Origin: Ruminococcus gauvreauii
Lineage (GTDB): Bacteria; Bacillota; Clostridia; Lachnospirales; Lachnospiraceae
Length of the DNA stretch: 64,000 nucleotides
Assembly (NCBI RefSeq): GCF_025151995.1
Contig: NZ_CP102290.1
Location: 1,419,571-1,483,570 of the forward strand
Reading direction: 5' to 3'
Positions 47,271-57,495 of this stretch are shown here, in pieces. Numbering within the stretch: position 1 is the first letter of the stretch; each line of letters opens with the position of its first letter. Below the pieces are notes generated by a model. That model ran no database searches and was not told the origin of the DNA. It worked only from the letters and a program-made list of their open reading frames with translations. The translations under genes and the position numbers were made by a program.

Positions 47271-48262
47271 GCTTTTTGGGCCCCTTTCCCGCTGACTTCT
47301 TTTTCGGCATTGTGGCAGGCACAAAACCAGTGCGCGCCGATTTCCTTAAATTCCGGCTGTTCCTGCCGGCACTTATCACACTTTTCGGCACACCGCTCAT
47401 AAAAAAGACACCCTTCTGGCGGTGTAATCAGATCCGGAACACTGCCCGGAATCCCGGTAAGCCGCACTTTTTCACCCAGCAGTGACGGGAATGCTTTCAG
47501 CAGCCCTCTTGTGTAGGGATGTGCCGCATGGTGCAGCAGGTTTTCGACCGGAGATACCTCCATCATCCTGCCGGCATACATGATACCGATCCGGTCGCAC
47601 ATTTCCAGCATCAGAGGCAAGTCATGTGTGATAAACATAATGGAAAATCCCATCTTTTCTTTCAGTTCTGTGATCTTTCGGATAATATTGTACTGCACTA
47701 CGACGTCAAGGGCAGTCGTCGGCTCATCAAAGATGATCAGGTCCGGACGCAGCGCCAGCGCCATCGCAATCACGACCCTTTGCCTCATCCCGCCGGAAAG
47801 TTCGTGAGGATATGCATTCAGCCGGTCCGCGTTGATGTTTACCATCGCCACAAGCTCTTTCAGCCTCGCCTCCAGCTCTGGTTTTGTTACTTTCTCGTGA
47901 GCCAGGATTGCATCGGCGAGCTGGCTTTTTATGGTTACCACCGGATTCAGGTTGTTCATCGCACTCTGGAGTACCATCGATGTCTTTTCCCAGCGAAACA
48001 GCCGCAGCTCCTCCGGCTGGAACATCAGCACATTTTTTCCGTTAAAATTAATCTCGCCCTGAGGAATCGTCGCGGCGCCTTTTAAAAGCTGCATAATCGA
48101 GAATGCCACCGTGGATTTTCCGCAGCCGCTTTCCCCCGCCAGTCCAAAAAACTCACCTCTTCTTATGTGAAAGCTGACGTCAGTCACCGCGTGGACCTGT
48201 CCCCTGTCCGCCTTATATTCGATACTCAGATTTTTGACTGAAAGTACATGTTCGTTACTCAT
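47267..48262 (-). CDS. Oligopeptide-type ABC transporter ATP-binding protein (OppD-like)
   Basis: Walker A GESGCGKST, signature LSGGMRQR, C-terminal Cys-rich extension. Confidence 0.8.
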   Translation of the reverse strand: MSNEHVLSVKNLSIEYKADRGQVHAVTDVSFHIRRGEFFGLAGESGCGKSTVAFSIMQLLKGAATIPQGEINFNGKNVLMFQPEELRLFRWEKTSMVLQSAMNNLNPVVTIKSQLADAILAHEKVTKPELEARLKELVAMVNINADRLNAYPHELSGGMRQRVVIAMALALRPDLIIFDEPTTALDVVVQYNIIRKITELKEKMGFSIMFITHDLPLMLEMCDRIGIMYAGRMMEVSPVENLLHHAAHPYTRGLLKAFPSLLGEKVRLTGIPGSVPDLITPPEGCLFYERCAEKCDKCRQEQPEFKEIGAHWFCACHNAEKEVSGKGAQKA

Positions 48263-48275
48263 AGCATTAACTCCT

Positions 48276-49148
48276 TTACAGTTTTACGGAACCGCCTCTG
48301 TCCCCGGCATAGATATCAAGGAATGAATTTCCGATCAGCATAAAGCTATATCCCAGAGTGCCGATGCAGAGTCCCGGCGGTATCATCCACCACCAGGCGT
48401 TATAGATCATTGCCGCATTGTCAAAGGCCACTGACAGCATACGCCCCCAGCTGATCACATCCGGTGCGCCGATTCCCAGGAAGCTCAAAGAGGCCTCCGT
48501 CAGCATTGACGTTGTGATAACCATAACCATATTTGCCGTGACTACCGGCAGGATATTTGGCAGGATTTCCCGTATCATAATCTCGAAATCTCCCATCCCC
48601 AGGGATTTCGCTGCATCCACATAGTCTCTTTTAGCCTCTGAGAGGGTCTGGCTTCTGATGCTTCGGGCCATCCACAGCCAGCTGAGCCCTCCGATCACGA
48701 CGATCGTACTCCACACCGTCATTCCGTCAAGCAGTGAAGCGATGACAATCATCAATGCAAGAGTCGGGATAACCAGCAGCACGTCGACAAACCGCATCAG
48801 CACTTCGCTGACTCCGCCGCCCTTGTACCCGGACAACAGTCCGACAAAGATACCGACCAGACTGGTCAGAAGTCCCGCCAGGATACCTACCATCATGGTG
48901 ATCCTGGTACCATATACCACCTGGGAAAAGATGTCCTGCCCGTAGCTGTTTACGCCCAGCAGGTGCTTCATCGACGGCGCCTCCCACGGTATGAACTCGA
49001 TGGAGTTCGGATCATAAGGTGCGATCACCGGCGCAAAAATCGCTACAAGAGCGAAGAAAATCAGTATTCCGATGCCGATCTTTGCCTTGGTATTTCTCAG
49101 AATATACTTTTGCAGCACAGCATACGTTTCCGAATGTTTTCTTTTCAT
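48276..49148 (-). CDS. ABC transporter permease (OppC/DppC-like)
   Basis: BPD-transporter signature region (EAKSLGMGDFEIMIREILPN). Confidence 0.8.
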   Translation of the reverse strand: MKRKHSETYAVLQKYILRNTKAKIGIGILIFFALVAIFAPVIAPYDPNSIEFIPWEAPSMKHLLGVNSYGQDIFSQVVYGTRITMMVGILAGLLTSLVGIFVGLLSGYKGGGVSEVLMRFVDVLLVIPTLALMIVIASLLDGMTVWSTIVVIGGLSWLWMARSIRSQTLSEAKRDYVDAAKSLGMGDFEIMIREILPNILPVVTANMVMVITTSMLTEASLSFLGIGAPDVISWGRMLSVAFDNAAMIYNAWWWMIPPGLCIGTLGYSFMLIGNSFLDIYAGDRGGSVKL

Positions 49149-49159
49149 TGTGCTTCCTC

Positions 49160-50149
49160 CTATTTCAGTGCTACCCGTGGGTCAAGGAACGGATAGATCA
49201 GATCCGCAGCCAGATTGACGACCACGATGCTGATCGCGATGATCGCAAAGCAGCCCTGGATCAGCGGATAATCCTGACTCATAATCGCATTCATGATCGT
49301 CAGTCCGATTCCCGGATACGAAAAAACAATTTCTGTCGTGATCGCTCCGCCCACGGCCGCTCCCAGGCTTAACATCAGCCCGGTAAAGGAAGGCAGCAGC
49401 GCATTGCGAAAAGCATATTTAGTCAGAATTGTCCGTTTCTTTAAGCCCTTCGCCTGGGCAAGGGTGATATAATCTTCAGAAAATATCTGCAGAATATTGC
49501 TCCGCATCATGATCATCCTGCCGGCCAGATTGACGATTACCAGTGAGAGAACCGGTAAAAATGCATGATAGATAATCGAACCGATCATCTGATACCATTT
49601 CGTTCCTTCCGCCACGCCCACCGGCAGCGCATGCCCCAGCGGGAACCAGTCCAGATAATATCCCAGTCCCATCAGTATCAGCATACCGATGAAAAAATAC
49701 GGCATTGACTGAATGTAAAATGAAAGGCCGACCGCCACATTGTCGAAGGCACTTCCCTTTTTGAGTGCTGACAAAACGCCTAACAGCCATGCCAGTGCAA
49801 AAGAGATCAAAATAGAAGAGACAACGATCAGCAGCGTCCACGGGATAGCCCGAGTGATAATATCATTGACAGGAACGGGGAACGTACTGAAAGAAATCCC
49901 CATATTCCCCCGGAAAAGCTGAGTAAGATAATGCCAATACTGCTCAAAGATTCCTTTATCCAGCCCGAACTGCTGTGTCAGCAGTGCTGTATACTCCGCA
50001 GATGCCACGCCGCTTTTGCTTGCCATCAGTTCTACCGGATTTCCGCCCATTAAACGCGGCAGCAAAAAATTGATCGTCAGCGCAACCCACAGAGTAAACG
50101 CCGCACTGAGAATACGCTTTAAAAGATATTTCAACGTGAAATTTCGCAT
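49160..50149 (-). CDS. ABC transporter permease (OppB/DppB-like)
   Basis: EAA-like loop region (LAQAKGLKKRTILTKYAFRNALLP). Confidence 0.8.
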   Translation of the reverse strand: MRNFTLKYLLKRILSAAFTLWVALTINFLLPRLMGGNPVELMASKSGVASAEYTALLTQQFGLDKGIFEQYWHYLTQLFRGNMGISFSTFPVPVNDIITRAIPWTLLIVVSSILISFALAWLLGVLSALKKGSAFDNVAVGLSFYIQSMPYFFIGMLILMGLGYYLDWFPLGHALPVGVAEGTKWYQMIGSIIYHAFLPVLSLVIVNLAGRMIMMRSNILQIFSEDYITLAQAKGLKKRTILTKYAFRNALLPSFTGLMLSLGAAVGGAITTEIVFSYPGIGLTIMNAIMSQDYPLIQGCFAIIAISIVVVNLAADLIYPFLDPRVALK

Positions 50150-50166
50150 ATTTCATACCACCTTTA

Positions 50167-50253
50167 TACAAATTGTAACAGTTCAGACAGTGCATCTTCT
50201 TGCCCGGCATATGCCGTGCAAGAAGCATCGGATGAACTGTTACTACAAATTGG
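50167..50253 (-). other. Long imperfect intergenic stem-loop between the substrate-binding protein gene and the permease genes
   Basis: AATTGTAACAGTTCA...CTTCTTGC pairs with GCAAGAAG...GAACTGTTAC.ACAAATT, flanking a CCGGCATATGCCGT apical palindrome. Confidence 0.45.
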
Positions 50254-50303
50254 GCTGACTAATTGCTTAGCCAGCCGCTGTGCAACAACATAAGTTACCG
50301 CTT

Positions 50304-52010
50304 TTATTTTACTGATACGTTGATGAGGCTCTTTGCGCTTATGATCGGTCTGTCGGTAAGCCACCCTTCATACTGGATTCCATCGTAGTATGGAATGTGT
50401 GCACCAAGATTGTACATCGGCAGGAATACCACATCTTCAGCCAGGATGTCCTGAATCTTGATATAGAGTTCTTTTGCTTTTTCTTCATCTGTCTCTTCTG
50501 CAACCTGAGCAAGAAGTTCATCTACTTCAGGATTCTCATAGCGGAAGTAGTTGGTTCCCGGTGTTGCAGTTCCGACCGGCGCTGTCATCGCCGAGTTAAA
50601 GGAAGTATTCAGCAGCGCATATGGATCAGGCGGGAAGTCGATGCCGAACTGCAGCAGATCGAATTCTCCTGTCTGCAGGATCTGGATCAGCTCTGCTCTG
50701 GTCGCCAGTTTCGGCACGATCTCAACACCGATGTTTAAGAGCCACTGCTGGATCATTCCTGCTTCCATCTGCTGTGCCGGGGCGCCGGACTGATTGTAGT
50801 AAGTAAAGGATAGACGCTGTCCGTCTTTTTCATAAATTCCGTCTTTGCCTTTTGTATATCCGGCATCTTCTAAAATCTTCGTAGCCGCTTCCACGTCAAA
50901 CACGTGAGAGCTCTTCGCATTTTCACTCACCATCTCACCGAAGATATCCGGCAGCCATCCCGGGCTTAACGGGAATACACCGTTGTACTCTCCTCTGGTG
51001 ATCAGGTCATCCTGGTTGATCGCCATGGAAAGTGCTTTTCTGATGTTCTTATCTGATAACAGTTCATTCGTATGGTTCACTACGACAGAGTAGTTGCTGG
51101 TTCCGGCGTACACCTGCATCTCGGCGCCTTCTTTTGTCAAAAATTCAGGAACATTTGCCATCGCGATCGTGTTGAATGTCGCGGCAATCTCGCCTTTTAA
51201 CAGTGCCAGCGTCAGGTTCGGTGACGAATTGTAGATATGTACGATCAGGTTGTCCACCTTCGGAGCGCCCATCCAGTAATCTTTGTTTGCATCAAACTGG
51301 ATATCGGTTCCTGTGTTGTACGTTTTGTAGATAAACGGACCGGTTCCGACCGGCTGTTCGTTCAGGTTCTGATCCGGAGCCCCTGCTGCCGACCAGATAT
51401 GCTCCGGAACGATGAAGATCTCCGCTGCATAACGTACAAATGCGGTAAACGGCGCTTTAAACTTAAAGGTTACCTTCTCCTCAGCCTCCGTGATACTGTC
51501 AAGCTTCTCCCACAGACTGTACGTATCCAGTGTCGGATAATCTTTTAATGCCGTGTAGGTATACACAACGTCTTTCGCTGTAAAGTCTGTGCCGTCCTGC
51601 CATTTGGCATCCGTGTTCATCGTGAAGGTCAGTTCCGTAAAGTCTTCGTTCCACTCATATTCAGACGCCAGTGCCGGTTCCAGTTCTGTCGATACCGGGT
51701 TAAAATACAGCAGTCTGTCATACATCAGCGGCAGCAGTTCCTTTTTGGTATTCTGCGGTAAAAATGGATTCTTAGAAGCCAGGTCTGTGTCCATCGCCGT
51801 CTCGCCAAGGTGCAGTGTGCCTCCGCTCTTGCCGGATGTATCATCAGCTGTTTCTCCTGATTCACCGGCTGCTTCCGGATTGGCTTCTTTTGTCTCCTGC
51901 TGGTCCGCGGTCCCCGGGGACGCGTTTGGTGTCGGCTGATCGCTTTTGCCACATGCCATGATGGACATTCCCATCGCACATACCAAAAGCAGGCTTAGAA
52001 ACTTTTTCAT
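50304..52010 (-). CDS. ABC transporter substrate-binding protein, family 5 (oligopeptide/glycopeptide-type), lipoprotein
   Basis: Signal peptide plus lipobox (VCAMGMSIMACG), Ala/Glu/Thr-rich linker, SBP_bac_5-type body. Start trimmed to MKKFLSLLL with RBS AGGGAGG. Confidence 0.8.
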   Translation of the reverse strand: MKKFLSLLLVCAMGMSIMACGKSDQPTPNASPGTADQQETKEANPEAAGESGETADDTSGKSGGTLHLGETAMDTDLASKNPFLPQNTKKELLPLMYDRLLYFNPVSTELEPALASEYEWNEDFTELTFTMNTDAKWQDGTDFTAKDVVYTYTALKDYPTLDTYSLWEKLDSITEAEEKVTFKFKAPFTAFVRYAAEIFIVPEHIWSAAGAPDQNLNEQPVGTGPFIYKTYNTGTDIQFDANKDYWMGAPKVDNLIVHIYNSSPNLTLALLKGEIAATFNTIAMANVPEFLTKEGAEMQVYAGTSNYSVVVNHTNELLSDKNIRKALSMAINQDDLITRGEYNGVFPLSPGWLPDIFGEMVSENAKSSHVFDVEAATKILEDAGYTKGKDGIYEKDGQRLSFTYYNQSGAPAQQMEAGMIQQWLLNIGVEIVPKLATRAELIQILQTGEFDLLQFGIDFPPDPYALLNTSFNSAMTAPVGTATPGTNYFRYENPEVDELLAQVAEETDEEKAKELYIKIQDILAEDVVFLPMYNLGAHIPYYDGIQYEGWLTDRPIISAKSLINVSVK

Positions 52011-52161
52011 GTAAAAAACCTCCCTGTTTTTATATGCTTTGTTGAAAAGTAAAGGCCCTTCTCTCAACTGTTGCTTAGTAAGCTTATTATATAAAAACAA
52101 AGAGGTTATTCAAATGTAAGATGTTCGAGTATTTTTGTAAAATGTTCAGATGCTGAAGTTT

Positions 52162-53835
52162 TTATGATTCCATCGGGAAAGAAATCGTAACGATCGTCAG
52201 ATCATTCTCCCGTTTAAATACAAGACCGTACTCATTCCCGTATTTCAGTTTCAGACGGCGGTGAATATTATATACGCCATATCCGCCCTGCTTTTTCGTC
52301 GCTATCGAAGTCTCAAAATCCTGGTTAAGCACCGTTTCTATCTCCTTCTGCCTCTCTTCTGTCATCCCCAGACCGTTATCACTTACCGATACGTATATGA
52401 CTTTCTGCTCCTCCCGAATCCGGACAGCAATCACGCCTCCTTCCTCCAGCTGCGAGACTCCGTGGTAGACCGCATTTTCCACCAGCGGCTGAATCAGCAT
52501 CTTGATACACCTGCACGGCAGCAGCCTGTCGTCATAGTCGACCCGAAATTCCACCCGTCCCATAAATCGGATCTTCATGATGGTAATATAGCGGTTTAAA
52601 ATATTGATCTCCTCCTGCAGCAGTGCAAATTCCCCTCCGCCAATGGAATAGCGGAACAACTCCGACATCGCCAGAGAGATATCGGCAATCTCATCGACCC
52701 CCTTCATGATCGCAATACTTCTGACGCACTGCAGCGTATTAAATAAAAAGTGAGGATTGATCTGGCTTTGAAGGGCATACAGCTCCGCTTCGTTCGTGCG
52801 GATCTCATTTTCATAGAGCTGCTCCTGTGTTTTAAAAGCGTTTCTGGTCATCGTCTCCAGCTGACCCAGCATACTGTTAAAGCTGAAGACGATACTGTTG
52901 ATCTCATCGATTTCCCCATAACTCAAACGCTTTCTCAGACCATCCCGCGGAAAATTCTGCGTTTCGCCGACCAGTATGGAGATGGGTTTGGCAACCGTCT
53001 GCTGCAGCAGTCTCCAGGTCAAAAGAAGCGTGATGATCAGGCCTGCGATTGACAAGAGGTAAAACTGTATGATAAACTGCGTTTCGCTTGCGCCTTCGGT
53101 TGGATTTCCGTATAGTCTGACCTCAAGTCCCATGACATTAGAGAATGCGACGGATTCATACGCCCCCTTCACCGTACTGACGGTTTCCGTGAACAGCCGA
53201 CCATGCTGATCGAAAAGACTGACCTTTAAGTCATCGATTCCCATAAGATTGCGGACATAATTCACATCACAGAAGATCACTGCTGTGGCGATCTTCTCAT
53301 AATCCTTTGTGGTGGCATAGATTCCGGCGATGGGAACCGTGTAGGCAAAGCAAGGCATATCATCAAAATAAAAAAAGTTTTTTTCTATGTACGTCGGATC
53401 CTCTATTTTTAAATCATCCTTTATCCGCTCGATAATTTCCACACTGGTGCTTTCCCCGTACAGGAAACTTGAAGTGATCCCGGAACGTTCAACAACCATC
53501 ACATCCTTGATAATGGGATAGTTCAATTCAATCAGACGTATTGAGTTAAATGCATTGACCACCGCATCACTTCTGCGGTCATTATAGCCAACGCTGTACA
53601 GATCATTAAATGCACTGAATACGCTCAGGTAGCTGCCGATGCTCTCAAGACTTTCTCCCAGATTATCCAGAGACGCCGCCTGCGTCTGGCACAGCTTATC
53701 CAGATATTCCTGTTTCTTCCTCTCATTTTGATCTAAATAATACAAAATCGGAATAGACTGAAGGATCAGCAAAGCGATCATCGAACCGATGACAACCGTT
53801 GTCATTCTTTTGCGCAGTCTGATCTTCTTCTTCAA
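52162..53835 (-). CDS. Sensor histidine kinase, YesM-like (two TM, HAMP, His-kinase, HATPase)
   Basis: H-box INPHFLFNTL and HATPase motifs (LVENAVYHG; DNGLGM). 4-nt overlap with the response regulator. Confidence 0.8.
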   Translation of the reverse strand: MKKKIRLRKRMTTVVIGSMIALLILQSIPILYYLDQNERKKQEYLDKLCQTQAASLDNLGESLESIGSYLSVFSAFNDLYSVGYNDRRSDAVVNAFNSIRLIELNYPIIKDVMVVERSGITSSFLYGESTSVEIIERIKDDLKIEDPTYIEKNFFYFDDMPCFAYTVPIAGIYATTKDYEKIATAVIFCDVNYVRNLMGIDDLKVSLFDQHGRLFTETVSTVKGAYESVAFSNVMGLEVRLYGNPTEGASETQFIIQFYLLSIAGLIITLLLTWRLLQQTVAKPISILVGETQNFPRDGLRKRLSYGEIDEINSIVFSFNSMLGQLETMTRNAFKTQEQLYENEIRTNEAELYALQSQINPHFLFNTLQCVRSIAIMKGVDEIADISLAMSELFRYSIGGGEFALLQEEINILNRYITIMKIRFMGRVEFRVDYDDRLLPCRCIKMLIQPLVENAVYHGVSQLEEGGVIAVRIREEQKVIYVSVSDNGLGMTEERQKEIETVLNQDFETSIATKKQGGYGVYNIHRRLKLKYGNEYGLVFKRENDLTIVTISFPMES

Positions 53836-54590
53836 AACCGCTCTCCTTCCCTGCGGGACCGCCGGTAAACACTGGGGGTTATTCCCATTTCCTTTTTAAA
53901 AACCTTGTTAAAGTAAAAATAATCACCAAATCCAGCCATCGCAGAGATTTCTTCCAGATTATAGTTCGTATCGGCAAGCAGTATCTTTGCCCTTTCTATC
54001 CGTCGTTCCGTCAGGTAGGCGACAAAGGTTTTTCCGATATTTTTGTTGAACAGGTCACAGATGTAGTTGCGGTTAAAGGAGAATTCTTTTGCGACCTCAT
54101 TAAGAGTAAGTTTTTTATCGATATTTTTTTCAATAAAGTTCAAAATTTTTTCAAAACTGTAGGGGCTTTCCTGCTCTTTCAGGTCCAGATGTACAATGGC
54201 ACGGCGGTTTCTCTTCTTATCCAGATATTCGACCGCATACTGAATCGTCTTCTCCAGCGCTTCCGGATTCACAGGCTTTACACAATAATCTAAAACCGAC
54301 GCCTGGATCGCCTTTTTCGCCAGCTCAAAGTCCGAATACCCACTTAGTATGATAAATGCGGCGTCGCTGCCAGATGCCTTGCATTTTTTAATAAACTCAA
54401 AACCATCCATCCCGGGCATCTTGATGTCTGTTATAATAAGGTCGGGATTCACATGTTCCAGATCCGCCAGGGCAGCTCTGGGAGACTGGTAACTCCCCGC
54501 CAGTGTAAAACCATTGGCGCCCCAGCCGACATTATTTGAAATATCGATCATGGTCCATGGTTCATCATCAACTATGATTGCTTTGTACAT
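53832..54590 (-). CDS. Response regulator with AraC-type HTH output (YesN-like)
   Basis: Receiver (IIVDDE...ITDIKMPGMDG) plus AraC HTH (LTLNEVAKEFSFNRNYICDLFNK). Start trimmed to MYKAII with RBS GGGGGG. Confidence 0.85.
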   Translation of the reverse strand: MYKAIIVDDEPWTMIDISNNVGWGANGFTLAGSYQSPRAALADLEHVNPDLIITDIKMPGMDGFEFIKKCKASGSDAAFIILSGYSDFELAKKAIQASVLDYCVKPVNPEALEKTIQYAVEYLDKKRNRRAIVHLDLKEQESPYSFEKILNFIEKNIDKKLTLNEVAKEFSFNRNYICDLFNKNIGKTFVAYLTERRIERAKILLADTNYNLEEISAMAGFGDYFYFNKVFKKEMGITPSVYRRSRREGERF

Positions 54591-54783
54591 ACTATCCCCC
54601 CTAAAATCTGTCCTGCTGTTTTTGGAGACCGCCTGGCCTGCCTGTTCATTTGGACACAATTATAACCTTATCCTTCAAATTTTGTCCAGCGGTTTCCATT
54701 TAATTGTACTGATGCCAGGGTCATAAGGTAAAATTCCGTTCATGCTTGCATGATAAGGCATTTTACCTTGGGACCCACCAAAC

Positions 54784-55107
54784 ATGAGAAAGCGGCGCAT
54801 GAAAAACATGCTCGACTATATCCATCAGAATTATTCGCAGCCGATAACGATACAGGACGTATCTGCATCTGCAAATATCAGTAAGAGCGAATGTTTCCGC
54901 TGCTTTTCCGAACTGTCAAAGATAACTCCCGTGGAATACATCAACAAATTTCGCCTGCTGCAGGCATCCCAGCTGCTGCTCACCACCGATAAAAGCATGG
55001 TGGATATCTGTTATACCACCGGATTTAATAATACGAGTTATTTTTCAAAGAAATTTAAAGAACAGTATGGAGTGACACCGAAGGCGTACCGCTCCAAACA
55101 CCATTAG
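54784..55107 (+). CDS. Stand-alone AraC-type HTH domain protein (107 aa), possibly a truncated regulator
   Basis: The whole ORF is just the dual-HTH AraC DNA-binding domain (ITIQDVSASANISKSECFRCF...DICYTTGFNNTSYFSKKFKEQYGVTPKAYR). No N-terminal sensor domain. Confidence 0.5.
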   Translation: MRKRRMKNMLDYIHQNYSQPITIQDVSASANISKSECFRCFSELSKITPVEYINKFRLLQASQLLLTTDKSMVDICYTTGFNNTSYFSKKFKEQYGVTPKAYRSKHH

Positions 55108-55173
55108 AAGAGAAAAGCACCTGCTGTCCGGCAGTTTATGCCGGCGCGCAAGTGCTTGTGATCTGCAGGCGGT

Positions 55174-56448
55174 TTATTTTCCCACCATCATATTCAATAT
55201 TTCCATATCCGTATTCTGCATGCCTTCCCGGCCCAGCCGCCCAATGTTGTGGATGGTGCCCTCGATATCGTCTGTGAGAATTCCTTCTCCTCCTTTGAAA
55301 TAATCATTGTTAAATGCCATTTTGTCGGCAAGTATCGCCGCATCAAGCGCCGCCGCAATCTTGGCCGCACAGGATGGTTTCGCGCCGTCACACACAATAC
55401 CGGAAACAATTCCCAGGGTATTGCTGATCGTAAACATGATCTGCTCCCGGCTGCCGCCCCGCAGATAGGTGATGCCCGCCCCGCTTCCGGTGGCTGCACT
55501 CACCGCACCGCAGAATGCAGAGAGCGAACCGATACCCGTCTTCAGATGGGCGGCAATCAGGTTACTGATCACCAGTGCGCGATACATCTTTTCATCTGAT
55601 ACCTTTAATTCCCTGGCATACTGATACACCGGTACGCTGGCGGTGATTCCCTGGTTCCCGCTGCCGGAGTTTGCCACAACAGCCAGGTCGCATCCGCTCA
55701 TACGCGCATCTGACCCTGCCGCCGCATAGGCCTTTGCCCTCACCTCCACATTTTGACTGCCGTACAGGTTCAGGATATTCTTGCCGATATTAGCCCCATA
55801 GGGGTTCTTCATGCCCTCCCTGGCGATCGTCATATTGCAAGCGATCTGATGATCCAGCAATTGCCTGACCTCAGCGGTCTGCACCGTTTCGGCAAAGTCA
55901 AGGATACCGTTGACACTCATAAAATCTCTTTTGCGGTCTGCATTTCCCCGGTCCAGTAAGTATTCTTTATCCAGAAGATTTTCACCGTTTTTAGAAATTC
56001 TTACAATATTCGTGTGTTTATCCACAATTTCAACAACCACGGTATCGTCTCCGCAGAAAGCCTCCAGGCGAATATAAAGATTGGCGACTCCTTCTACCAG
56101 TTCCACCTCACATAATCCCTCGCCTGCCAGAACCTTTGACTGGTCAATATCTGCCTGCGTGACTGTGGACAGCACCTCCAGCTGTCTTTCGGCATTTCCT
56201 CCCAGCGCCCCGAGAATCGCTGCAGCCTCCACGCCTTTCTGTCCGCCGGAATTCGGTACCGTCACACCTTTTACGTTTTTAATGATGTTACCGCTGCAGT
56301 GAGCGATCATGCGCTGCGGCATACATCCCAGATATTTTCGTGCCGTCGCACTCGCATAGGCGATCGCAATCGGTTCCGTACAGCCGAGCGCCGTGATCAG
56401 CTCCTCATTTAATACCTGGATATATCCGTCATAAATGCTCTTTTTCAT
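55174..56448 (-). CDS. UPF0597/YhaM-like serine-dehydratase-like protein (L-cysteine desulfidase family)
   Basis: 424 aa, Gly/Ala-rich, with a Cys-containing motif CGAVSAATGSGAG. Assignment rests on remembered family features only. Confidence 0.45.
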   Translation of the reverse strand: MKKSIYDGYIQVLNEELITALGCTEPIAIAYASATARKYLGCMPQRMIAHCSGNIIKNVKGVTVPNSGGQKGVEAAAILGALGGNAERQLEVLSTVTQADIDQSKVLAGEGLCEVELVEGVANLYIRLEAFCGDDTVVVEIVDKHTNIVRISKNGENLLDKEYLLDRGNADRKRDFMSVNGILDFAETVQTAEVRQLLDHQIACNMTIAREGMKNPYGANIGKNILNLYGSQNVEVRAKAYAAAGSDARMSGCDLAVVANSGSGNQGITASVPVYQYARELKVSDEKMYRALVISNLIAAHLKTGIGSLSAFCGAVSAATGSGAGITYLRGGSREQIMFTISNTLGIVSGIVCDGAKPSCAAKIAAALDAAILADKMAFNNDYFKGGEGILTDDIEGTIHNIGRLGREGMQNTDMEILNMMVGK

Positions 56449-56460
56449 ACTTTCATCCTC

Positions 56461-57495
56461 TCATCTGCCAAAACCTTCGGCGTCCTGATACAGTGCCGGC
56501 TGTTCCATATAACAAATCTCCTGTCTTTTACCGCTCTTCTGTGCCAGCAGGCATGCCTCACCCGCTGCCGCCGCCATATAACCGTCCCAGGCTGTCGGCC
56601 CCTCCAGGGCCCCCGCCCGAGCGCCGTCGATAAAGTGCTGCAGCTCCATGTCAAATGCCGCCTGGTAGCGTTCTTTCCAGAAATCATACTCCCGTACCCG
56701 CCGATAAGATCCCTGCCTGACGATATTCGAGACGGATGCCGGGAGTGAAACCGTCCCCTGTTCACATACCACCTCACAGCTTATATCATACCCATAATCA
56801 CAGTGTGTAAAAACCTCCAGATCGATCAACACTCCGGAAACTGTCTCCAGTATCATAAGCTGCGGATCGTACAGTTTTCCTTCAGCACAGGAAGCCGTTC
56901 TTCCATGAAGCACCCGGCAGGCAGCCAGGGGATCCCCTCCGAGCAGCCACGGAACCACATCGATCTCATGAATCGCGGCATCCATGATCTCCATCCGGTC
57001 GTCAAAATCCTCGCCAGCCCGCGGATTCCGGTGAACCGCGTGTACCATCAGCGGATGTCCCATGCTCCCGGAACAGACCAGTTCCCGCAGCTCCCTGTGA
57101 TGCCGGTCAAACCGCCGCATGAACCCCAGCTGGATCAGCCGTCTGCCCGCATCCGCTTCAGCCTCCAGTATTATCCTGCTGCTCTCTCCCGTATCAGCCA
57201 GCGGTTTTTCACAGAATACCGGCTTTTCACATTCCAGACAGGCCAGCAGATACTGTTCATGCACAGAGCCGGGCGCCGCGATCAGGACGGCATCAATGCC
57301 GGGATCTCTGATCAGTTTCTCCGCCGTCATGACCTCCGGGATGCCGTATAACTCAGCCGCTTTTTCCGCCCGCTTTGGTGACGAGGAAGCCACCGCGGCA
57401 ACACCTGCGCCGGACAGATGTCTCTGTATCCGGCGTATATGCTCTGCCCCGATTCTCCCTGTTCCTATCACGCCAATTTTTAATTCCCGCATCAT
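56461..57495 (-). CDS. Gfo/Idh/MocA family oxidoreductase
   Basis: IGVIGTGRIGAEH Rossmann start and EKP motif (FCEKPL). Confidence 0.8.
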   Translation of the reverse strand: MMRELKIGVIGTGRIGAEHIRRIQRHLSGAGVAAVASSSPKRAEKAAELYGIPEVMTAEKLIRDPGIDAVLIAAPGSVHEQYLLACLECEKPVFCEKPLADTGESSRIILEAEADAGRRLIQLGFMRRFDRHHRELRELVCSGSMGHPLMVHAVHRNPRAGEDFDDRMEIMDAAIHEIDVVPWLLGGDPLAACRVLHGRTASCAEGKLYDPQLMILETVSGVLIDLEVFTHCDYGYDISCEVVCEQGTVSLPASVSNIVRQGSYRRVREYDFWKERYQAAFDMELQHFIDGARAGALEGPTAWDGYMAAAAGEACLLAQKSGKRQEICYMEQPALYQDAEGFGR

